Source: Geosiphon pyriformis uo1 (taxonomy: Eukaryota > Fungi > Glomeromycota). Taken from it: DNA of 64,000 bases. The notes beneath the pieces were generated by a model. The model did not search any database and was not told the DNA's origin. It worked only from the letters and a program-made list of their open reading frames with translations. The translations under genes and the position numbers were made by a program. The stretch spans positions 949,152-1,013,151 of the forward strand of contig JAAOMT010000697.1 of the NCBI GenBank assembly GCA_016748015.1, written 5' to 3'. How positions within the stretch are numbered: the stretch's first letter is position 1; each line of letters starts with the position of its first letter. Positions 1-10,240 of the stretch are shown piece after piece.

Positions 1-190
1 AAAAGTGTCTATAGCTAGTCAAAATTGATTACTAAAGTCTGAGTAGGTGAGAATTGGAGCTGTTGTCAGCTTTTTCTTGAGAATTTCAAAAGCTTTTTGG
101 TGTTTTTCCATCCATTTGTATTTGACGTTTTTAGTAGTGAACTGGTTGAAGAGTTTTGCGATTTCTGAGAATCCTTTAATAAATTTTCGG
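1..190 (-). pseudogene. Continuation of element B pol (RT-RNase H connection)
   Basis: Minus strand reads RKFIKGFSEIAKLFNQFTTKNVKYKWMEKHQKAFEILKKKLTTAPILTYSDF, contiguous with ...GLASYY at 10241. Confidence 0.9.
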
Positions 191-982
191 TGTTACTCAT
201 AGAATATAAAAAATATAATATTATTAGTCAGTAGATATTAGCCAATCAGAGGTAGATGTAGTAAATGTGGAATTCCAGAATTCCTCTCATTAGGAATTCC
301 AAGATTCCTGTTGCAAAAAATTGAGGAATTGAGGAATCTCAATTATGTATATATAGCAGTAGGATTAGAAGTTGAAAAGACAGACCTCTCAGTTTAGATT
401 TAATCTAAGCAATATTCCAGTTCCCAATAATCAAATAAATAATTATTTCATATCTCAACCTACTCTCTACTATCAACGCTTTATGTTAATAGTAATTAAT
501 ACTTAACCATGCTGGAACAATAGCCCTTGATCATGGCTATTGACAAGATACTAACAAATTGTCTTGGCTTATTTTCTCTATTTTTCTTTATTTTATTTTC
601 TTTATTTTATTTTCTTTCTTTTTGTGATTTTGTTGTTGTATACTAATTGGTTAAAAAAGATCAAGCACTGAGTTATTGACATCAAGGATAGTCTGGTAAA
701 AGACCCAGAAATAAGGATAGGATTTTATATATTATTGAATAGCTTACCAGAAGGGCCTAACTGCCAGACTAAATCCAGCCACCACACTGAGAAAGAAATT
801 GGAAAAACTCTTGGAAAGATATATTTACTATTGACACTATTGAATCTCTGTTCATTATACAAAGAACTCCATCAAAACTTTTAGATACAACACTTACAAA
901 ACATCATCAACGGAAGTAGCTTTTGAGCACCAAGTTATGGGTTTGTTATTTAATTCAACAGTAGAAATAATTATCTGTAACA
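191..982 (+). repeat. 5' LTR of element A
   Basis: Starts TGTTACTCAT, ends TGTAACA. Direct repeat of 9361-10240. TATA-like TATATATAGCAGT near 348-360. Confidence 0.95.
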
Positions 983-984
983 TT

Positions 985-1001
985 TGGTGCTCTCTGTAAG
1001 G
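985..1001 (+). promoter_or_regulatory. Primer binding site of A (tRNA-Ile(UAU)-like)
   Basis: TGGTGCTCTCTGTAAGG 2 nt after the LTR. The consensus across elements, TGGTGCTCCCTGTGAGG, resembles the complement of eukaryotic tRNA-Ile(UAU) 3' ends. The tRNA identity is inferred. Confidence 0.8.
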
Positions 1002-1044
1002 TATAATCTTACAGAAAACCAGCACTGACAACACCAAACCAAAA

Positions 1045-4000
1045 ATGACAGAATCAGAAATAATAGGGACAAACCATTTAGGATTCACAAAATTCTTATT
1101 CCAATAGTACAATCAGCAGCTAGGTCTAAACAACAACTATTACCCAGCAGAATCAGCTTTCAACTTCTATGTCAACAAAAAAATCACAGATTTTCTAGGA
1201 AGACCAGTTAACATTGAATCAACAAGAGAAAATTTCTATTCAGAACTAATCCAACACACCAACTTACCCAGAAATTACAGCTTCACACCTATCATTAGAG
1301 AAATCAACCAAGAAATTGAAAGATATACACAAAAGACATTCTCTATTACTTACCAGGACAAAGCAAAGAAAAACTACAGACATCAGCAGTAACATCCAAA
1401 GGAATACAAATTCCTAACTGGAAGAAACAAAGAATTGAATCTCTGATATACTCATCATACCATCACACACCTGGAAGTACCATCAACATCACATCAGTAG
1501 ATGCGTCTACCAGTACAAAGACACTGCTAGCAAGAATTGCATTTCAGAGTAAACAAAAAAAAATGAACTATTAGGAGCATATGGTGATTATTTTGAAAGA
1601 TTTAAATCGAGATCACCAACACCATCTGGATTTTGATCACCGTTTTATCAGCCAGATTTCGGAACTGTCAGTTCCTGGGAAATTACTGAATCAAAAAAAG
1701 AAGAAGACGAGGATTAGGAATTTAATTACCAAAATCTGATTCTAAAAAACCCGAACATTCAAATTCAGCAACATTTAGAAAATTCGGAAATCAAAACTCC
1801 AAATATTCGAACTCTGCCAAATCAAAGAAATCAAAACCCTGAGTTAATTCATCAGCAAAATCTACCTCTAGTTATTGTCATTGATCAACCACCAGTTGAG
1901 CCAATTGGTGAGCCAATTCAACCACCTCAAGTACTACTCCAACAATCGTTACCTCTTCAACAACCACTCCAACAGCCACCACAACCACCTAACTTAGATC
2001 CAATGGCCTACACACCAATCACAAAACTTGACAACTTTACCGGCGAAGAGGATGATGCTCAAGTATGGCTAAATAATGTAGAAAAGGCCATCACAGCCAA
2101 TGGATGAAATGATGCCTGGGCAATGCAAGCCATTTTCTACTTTCTCAAGGATACTGCCAATTCATAGTATCAGAGCCTGATTAATAAACCACAAGATTTC
2201 AATGCCTTCAAAGTGGAATTCCTAAAATACTTCAGCAACAATAACAGCATCAATTGCCTAATCAACACATTTACCACCATGAAACAAGGAGAATCTGAAG
2301 CAGTTACCACTTATCTGGGATGCTTCCATTGAAATTTGTGCCAAATTTAAGCAATTGATGCCAACTATTTCACAGCTTTACAGATACTCAACCAGTTTAT
2401 CTGTGGCCTGCACAGCAGCATTTTGCAACATATATGTCCATTGCATCCAGGCACTCTTCAAGATGCAGTCACATATGCCAAAGATTTTGAATCCACTAAG
2501 TCAGAGGCTAACCACACCCAAGTCATTAATCTAGTAATGAACAGATCACCTGAATTGGATTCCAAATTGGAGAAGTTTAGTGAATCAATTAATAAGAGAT
2601 TGGAAGGATACTTAGCTGAAAATTATGTCATTTATTAGCCTCCACAATGACACAATAATCAAGGAAACTCTAATTGTGCCCAAAATCAGCCATGTTTATC
2701 TTTATCGACCAATCAACAGTGGCAACAGGAAATGCATATCTGCCACTATTGTGGTAAACAAGGACATATTCAAATTGACTGTTGTTAGCATTTAAATAAC
2801 CAATGATTGGGAAACCAATATCAAAACCCCAATTGCTGGTTCCAAACTCCGAATCAGTATCCAAATTAAAACCCACCCACTTACCTACCAGTGACACAGT
2901 CATCAGTCTATCAATCTCTGATGTATCAAGCTCCAATCTATCAACTGCAGCCACAAATAATTTATTAACAACCACAGCCACAAATAATTTATCAACTTCA
3001 ACAAATCCAAACACCACTCTAAAGCTTACCACCCAATGGAATCCAAAGACCAAGAATGACTCAACAAAGCTGGAAATCAGTAATGGTAGTCCATCAACCA
3101 ATCTCCAGTTCTTCACAGCAACCATCTGGATTATGCCAGAGGAATTTGGGTGCCGGTCAACCCCAGAACCCGAATTCCCATAACTATTTAAGTTTCCTGG
3201 TTATCTCAGAAGACGCCTTAACCAATAATCCAGCATTCACCCAAAAACAACCACTCATCAGTAATATCCCACCCACTACCATTACCAAAGACAAGTTTTT
3301 GGCTGCTATATTCCCATTTGAATTTGAGGAAACAACTGCAATGCCATTATTTAGTGGAGCCGCTCTTAAAGCCAAACCAATCACTACGATGTATATTGAT
3401 GCCAAAGTTGAGGGACAATCCATCAAATTGATCTTTGACAGTAGTTTAGCAGACAGCATCATCACACAACAACTCATGGATCAATTAGGTTGCTGAGTTG
3501 ATCGAGCTGCCAGTGCCAGAATTATCACAGCCAATGGAGTGACCAAAACTCCAATCAGTGAAATTGACGACTTCCCTTTTGAAGTCAATGGCATTATGAC
3601 TCCCATTAAAGTTCTAGTGATAGAAGTCACTCAATACCAAGCTCTTGTTGGTAATAACTGGCTATTCAAAGTCAATACGACGTTAGACTAGAACACCCAG
3701 GAATTCCAGCTAACATATCAGGGCTGACACATACGTGTACCAGCCACATGTGGCCATTTCAAGACTCCTTCAAAAAAGAAACTATTGATTAAACTGGAGG
3801 AAAAGAAAAAGAAATCTATTTGGAAAGCTTACCAAGTCTCTTGGGCCAATGCCGACCACAATGAACTACCACCAATACTCTCGTGGAATGATAACCTTAA
3901 GGGAAAGCAAAAAGAGGAGCTGACCTGGGAAACAGACAATTTGATCTGGACTGATAATGAACAGGAAGAACCATCGAGTTGAGAGTGGAAAGAAGAAAAG

Positions 4001-7000
4001 GGAAAAAGAAAAGAGAGGAAGAAAGAAAACACTCAAGCCAACAACACTAATATCCCATACACCTATGGTCAACAACAATTAGCGATCTATCACCAACCCA
4101 AACTGATATGCATTGATTGTGACAAGAAATTGTTGTCAATGGGCACATGCTGTGGTGATGATGAAAAATATTAGATGGCAACCAAGTTTTATTACTGCGC
4201 ATGCCATGTCGAATGTTTTAGAAGACCAAAACAAGTGGAAAAATGGGATAATACACCATGTATAGCCTGTGAAGAAACTCTCCTTGACAAAAGAATGTGG
4301 AACAACATTCCAGGGAGAAAAGAAACGTGCGACGTGTTCTGTCAATACACGATTCTCATCAGTGACTGGGTTGAGAAAGAAACACCTATAGAAGCCACCT
4401 GGAGAAGAGCTGTACAGTAATTGGACAGTTGTCCACATAATAACAATAAATTATGGCAAATAGCAATTGCCAAAATTGAAGGCGCATTGTCAGAAGAAAT
4501 CAGGACAATTAAAAACAACCCACCAAAACCCATTAAGCTTGACTGGAATGCAGAGCCAGTCATAAATTTTCTGGAACCAAAAGAGTTCTATGAACACTAC
4601 CAAAACTTGACATCCACTAGAGAAAAACAAAAACAACAGCTAGCACAGTTAAATACAAGACTGTGTTGCCATTGTTTAATTCTCAGTGACTTTGAATATT
4701 GTGACAATTGTGACCTTATTTACAATCTATCACTATGCATGATTTACATGATTCCTAAAGAAGAAGAACCAATCAGCAGCTGTGCATTGGAATCAGAATT
4801 GCTGACCAATCGCGATCCAGACTCTGACAATGATGACAAAAACACCAGTTTTAGCTACGTTCAAAATGACAATGACAACAATAGCGATTCAAACTCAGAT
4901 TCAAACTCTGATTTAAACTATGAACAATACATTGCACTACCAGATCTCTCCAAAGAACAAGAGTTGAAATGGTATAGTGACAATGGAGAAGGTATTATGC
5001 CAGAACGCATGCACGATACTGATGCAGGATTTAATCTGAGATATCCAGAAACAGAAACCATCAAATTGGAACCACATATGCACACCTACATTGATTTGAA
5101 AATAGCACTGAAAATTCCAGCAACAACAATGGTTCAATTAGCATTTAGGAGTAGTCTAGCAAAAAGAGGAATTAATATAAGAGGAGGAATAATTGATGCA
5201 GAATATGTAGGAAATATCATTGCTATGCTACAAAATGACTCAGAAAAGATGCTATATAATAGAGCCCAACAAAAAGATAGCACAGACAATATTCCTGCCT
5301 CTGGTTAGAGTAGCTTAGTTAGGGTCAGTAGAAAAGAGGGAGGAATTAGGAATAACAGCAAGAGGAATACAGAGATTTGGATCAATGAATAGAATAAATG
5401 TATCAGTTAATATGGCAGAGGAAGAAATTGTTGGCCAAGGAGAAATTATCTCAACTGGTCAAGCTATTTCTATTTCATCATATAACCAGTACATACTAGC
5501 AATAAAAAGGAAGGAAAAAGACCAAGCACAAATTTTTGAAGCAGAAGCCAGTCTTTGTGAATCAGGAGAAATTGGACTTATCAATCTCCACATACCAGCC
5601 AAAGATTATAGCTGCATAAAAATTCCCATCTACAACAACACTGACAATGTCATCAACATACCAAAAAAAACCATCATCAGATATTTAATCACAGAAATAG
5701 AAGACCAACCACCAAACCCCATTCCAGACTTTCCACAACTTTGTGGATATGTTGACATCACATCACAAACAATTTATGAACGAGACAAATGTTATTTACT
5801 CCAACCAGAACAATTGGAACAAATGAACATAGGAAACTTAGATCCACTCTAATGTATGCAACTCAAGATATTGCTCAACAATTTCAAAGACATCTTTGCC
5901 AATGAAAATAAGTTTGGCCAAACTGATATCATTCAGCATCAGATCAAGACTGGAGATGCAATGCCAATTAAACAAAGAGCATACAGAGTGCCACCAGCCA
6001 GCCATGAGATTATTCATTAAGAGATAAACCAAATGCTTGACAATGAGCTAATTCAGCCATTAATGAGCCCATAGTCATCACCAGTGGTACTCGTCTGTAA
6101 GAAAAATGGAAAGATCCAATTTTGTGTAGACTACAGGAAACTCAATGGTGTAACTCATGGAGACAGCTATCCAACTTCACGGATACAGGAATTATTTGAT
6201 GCTTTTAGTGGGAACAAGTGGTTCTCAACATTAGACTTGGACAGTGGTTATTGGCAAGTGGTTATGGATCCAGCCGACAAAGAGAAGACAGCATTCACCA
6301 CAAGAGAAGAGAATTTCGAATTTGAAGTAATGCCATTCGGTTTAACCAATGCACCAGCCACTTTTCAATGGCTAATGGAAATTGTCTATACTGGCTTATT
6401 GTAGAAATTAGTAGTTGTATACTTAGACAACACCAATGTATTCTCAAAAACATTGGATGATTATTTTCATCATTTTCAACAAGTGTTCAAAAGACTAAGA
6501 AGAACAGGACTAAAGTTAAATACAACAAAGTGCTTCTTTGGCAAGACAGAACTAAAATTCTTGGAACACATAGTCAGCAAAGATGGCATCAAAACAGATC
6601 CAGAGAAAATAGAGATAGTAAAGAACTTTTCAGTGCTGACCAATATGACAAAACTGAAATCATTCTTAGGATTTGCCAGCTACTATCAACGTTTTATCAA
6701 GAACTTTTCCAAGATAGTGCAGCCACTCAACTAACTGCAAACCAAGAATACCAAATATAAATGGGCAGAAAGTCAACAAAAAGCTTTTGACATTTTGAAA
6801 AGAAAGCTCATTCAAGCTCCAGTACTGATTTATCCAAATTACAGCAAACCATTCATCATCACCACTGATACATCTGGCCAAGCATTGGAAGCAGTATTAT
6901 CTCTGAAAGGACTAGATGGCAGAGAACATCTAGTAGCATATGCCAGCAGAGGTTTAACACCAGCTGAAAAGAACTATAAAACACCGAAACAAAAACACTT

Positions 7001-7219
7001 AACAATATACTAGTCAGTCATGAAATAGAAAGAATACTTGAGCCAGAAGTTTGATACACAGATCACAAGGGATTAACATCACTCTAAAAACAAGAATTTG
7101 AAGATGGAAGACAGTCAAGATGGAAAATGGCACTTGCATCATACAATTATACTATAGATTACAAAAAGGGAAAAAATAACAGAAATGCTGATAGTTTGTT
7201 GCAAATAAAACAAATCTAA
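1045..7219 (+). pseudogene. Gag-PR-Cys-rich-dUTPase-RT-RNaseH polyprotein of A (many premature stops, few frameshifts)
   Basis: Capsid-like region, CCHC knuckle CHYCGKQGHIQIDC, protease LIFDS(S), dUTPase DAGFNL/RSSLA/GGIIDA, RT FCVDYRKLN...MPFGLTNAPATFQ...YLDN, RNase H TDTSG..YASRGL. Ends NADSLLQIKQI-TAA (7217-7219). Confidence 0.92.
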
Positions 7220-7281
7220 GAACATTTTAACACAAAAATATAATAAAACCAGAACAATACCAACGAAAAATATAACAAAAT

Positions 7282-8664
7282 ATGAACATACAAAAATATT
7301 AACAATTTCAATATTATATAAACACTCAACAGTTCAAGGAGAATCTATCTCAAATGGAACAAAAGAGTATCAAACAACAATTAAAGTATTTTATCATTCA
7401 CCAAAATATACTTTATTGGAAAAATAGAAAAGATCCAGATCAACCAACCAGAGTAATTACAGAGCCAGAAAAAGAGACAATATTATTTAACATGTACTTA
7501 AATCCAACAGCAGGACACTTTCACAAAGAAGCAATCATAGAAAAAACCAAAAAAAGATACTATTGGCCATCAATGTATCTAGACATCATCCAATATGTTC
7601 AAAATTGTGATGCTTGTCAGTGAAAAGAAGATACAAAATCCAGTAAACCATTAAGACCAATCAAAGTGGAACAATCATTCGACCATGTTAGAATTGATTT
7701 AGTCAGACTATTAACAATCACCAGTGGAGGAAACAGATACATAGCAGTAGCCATGGACTATCTCACTAAATGGCCAGAGGTGAAAGCAATTCAAAGAGCG
7801 GATGCAGAATCTGTTGTCAAATTTGTTCATCAGGATTTGATCTGTCAACATGGATGTCTAAAAAAATTATTATCAGACTAAGGAACTCATTTTGTGAACA
7901 AAACATTAACAGAATTGAGCCAAAGATTCGGAATTAAGAGACCATTATCATCACCATACCATCCACAAACCAATGGATTAGTCAAAAGATTCAATAGAAC
8001 ATTGTGTGAAGCAATAGCTAAATTCAGCCAAAAAAACCAGAACGATTGGGATTTGTTGATACTATCAGTACTATTTGCTTATCAAACAATGAAGTAAGAT
8101 ACTACACAAGCAACACCATTTGAATTAATATATGGTAGAACAGCAACACTACCAATGGAAATAGAAGTCAGCACATACCCAACTGAACCAATAACAGAAA
8201 AGAATTTCAAAAATACATTGTTGAGAAAAACATATGACTTAATAGAAACATTAGAAAACAAACAATGAAGAGCAGTTGATAACATACAAAAGTCACAAGA
8301 GAAACAAAAAGAAAAACACAATAACCAACTATCAGATAAACCAGTCAAATTCAGGATTGAAAACAAAATACTCTTACATCATACCAAAGTGGAAAAACAA
8401 TGGAGTGGAAAATTTGACCCCAAATGTGATGAACTATTTCACATAGAAGAAATTCTAGGAAATGGAGCTTACAAATTAAGATTGAATAACAAAATCTTGA
8501 CTAAAGCAGCACATAGAGATCGACTGAAACCATACTACCATATAGCATCATTATCCACTAGTAATATTCCACAATTAAGAGTACAGAGAATACTAGTCCA
8601 ACCAAATGAGATTCCACAAGATCTGAAACCAATCATTATTATTGACAACAACACGTCCAGTTGA
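7282..8664 (+). pseudogene. Integrase ORF of A (own ATG)
   Basis: ATG at 7282 (MNIQKY). HHCC-like AGHF...CDACQ, rve core IDLV/DYLTKWPE/YHPQTNGLV, GPY/F-like C-terminus. Confidence 0.9.
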
Positions 8665-8687
8665 TTGACAAAAGAATATATAAGAAC

Positions 8688-9347
8688 ATGGTTGACGCAA
8701 CAGAAGAGATCAGAAAAATAGAGATTATGGACAATATCCATTTACTAGTCCAACAAATTTTTCAATTAATCTAATACCAGGAGATAGAAATTACCATCAA
8801 GCAACAAACCATTCGTTACAAAAATATGGCAAAAATACCACCAAACAAAGCAAAAAAAAGACTTGAAAACATGGTCGACAAGATTATGACCAAGATAAAA
8901 TTGGTCATGAAAGAACAACAAATAGTCAGATTACACCAAGAACTTACCAGAGAAACTTGGACTTGGTGGATACAACAATTTCCAAAAAACTATTGTTATT
9001 TTTACTTGGGACAACATGTAAATATCCAGAACTTGTACACTGACAAAACAAAACAGTTATTCGACACCACCATACTGGAACAACTAGAACAATTTGTGGG
9101 AAAGAATAATCTAACCACACAAGCTCGAGCCATTTACTGGCTATATATGGGATTTCAAGACTGACCAGAAATTTTACTTAACACAGCAATGGATACAGTT
9201 ATGAGTAATCAATTAAGAAAAATAACCAATGCCCAATTTGAAGAACTACAAAATAAAATAACACAAGTAATACTCAAAAAAGAAATTCAAGAAATAATTC
9301 AAGAAGAGGAATTAAAAGAATTAGATTTCGACGGAGCTCAATATTAA
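8688..9347 (+). pseudogene. ORF3 of A (~219 codons, unknown function, not Env-like)
   Basis: ATG at 8688 is in frame with the 8826 ORF. Two internal stops. Ends DFDGAQY-TAA at the PPT. Homologous ORFs in E, F and G. Confidence 0.8.
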
Positions 9348-9360
9348 AAGGAGGGGATAA
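9346..9360 (+). promoter_or_regulatory. Polypurine tract of A
   Basis: AAAAGGAGGGGATAA immediately before the 3' LTR. Confidence 0.88.
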
Positions 9361-10240
9361 TGTTACTCATAGAATATAGGAAATATAGTATTATTAGTCA
9401 GTAGATATTAGCCAATCAGAGGTAGACATAGTAAATGTGGAATTCCAGAATTCCTCTCAGAGGAATTGCAGGATTCCAGGAATTTCAAAATTCCCTGGCG
9501 AGAAATTGCAGGATTCCTCTCATTAGAAATTGTAGGATTCCAGAAATCCCAGAATTCCTGTCGCAAAGAATTGAGGAATTGAGAAATTAAAGAATCTCAA
9601 TTATGTATATATAGCAGTAGAATTAGAAGCTGAAAAGACAGATCTCTCAGTTTAGATTTAATCTAAGCAATATTCCAGTCCCCAATCATCAAATAAATAA
9701 TTATTTCATATCTCAACCTACTCTCTACTATCAATGCTTTATGTTGATAGTAATTAATACTTAACCATGCTGGAACAATAGCCCTTGATCATGGCTATTG
9801 ACAAGATACTAACAAATTGCCTTGGCTTATTTTCTCTATTTTTCTTTATTTTATTTTCTTTATTTTATTTTCTTTCTTTCTGTAATTTTGTTGTTGTATA
9901 CTAATTGGTTAAAAAAGATCAAGTGCTGAGTTATTGACATCAAGGATAGCCTGATAAAAGACCCAGAAATAAGGGTAGAATTTTATATATTATTGAATAG
10001 CTTACCAGAAAGGCACAACTGCCAGACTAAATCTGGTCACCATGTTGAGAAAAAAATTGGAAAAACTCTTGGAAAGATACATTTACTATTGACACTATTA
10101 AATCTCTGTCCATTATACAAAGAACTCCAACAAAACCTTCAGATACAACATTTACAGAACATCATCAATGGAAGTAGCTTTTGAGCACCAAGTTATGGGT
10201 TTGTTATTTAATTTAACAGCAGAAATAATCACCTGTAACA
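9361..10240 (+). repeat. 3' LTR of element A
   Basis: Direct repeat of 191-982 with extra GGAATTCC/GGATTCC-type repeat units. Ends TGTAACA. Confidence 0.95.

Larger units (their letters stand above)
191..10240 (+). mobile_element. Ty3/Gypsy LTR retrotransposon A (full length, decayed, dUTPase-bearing), inserted antisense into pol of element B
   Basis: Paired LTRs TGTTACTCAT...TGTAACA (191-982, 9361-10240), PBS and PPT. Domain order Gag-PR-dUTPase-RT-RH-IN. 4-bp TSD tcgg (187-190) / tcag (10241-10244). The flanks rejoin as GLASYY|RKFIKGFSEIAK on the minus strand. Confidence 0.96.

Noticed and set aside
2803-3183. Apparent overlapping Ser/Thr-rich ORF (also 49263-49526 and 59468-59701), suggesting dual coding or a gag-pol frameshift
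   Set aside because: It is the alternative frame of the Gln/Pro-rich Gag tail. The true frame is broken by CAA->TAA changes, and Gag and PR are in the same frame.
8688-9347. ORF3 as an envelope gene
   Set aside because: Too short, with no visible signal peptide, fusion peptide or transmembrane anchor.
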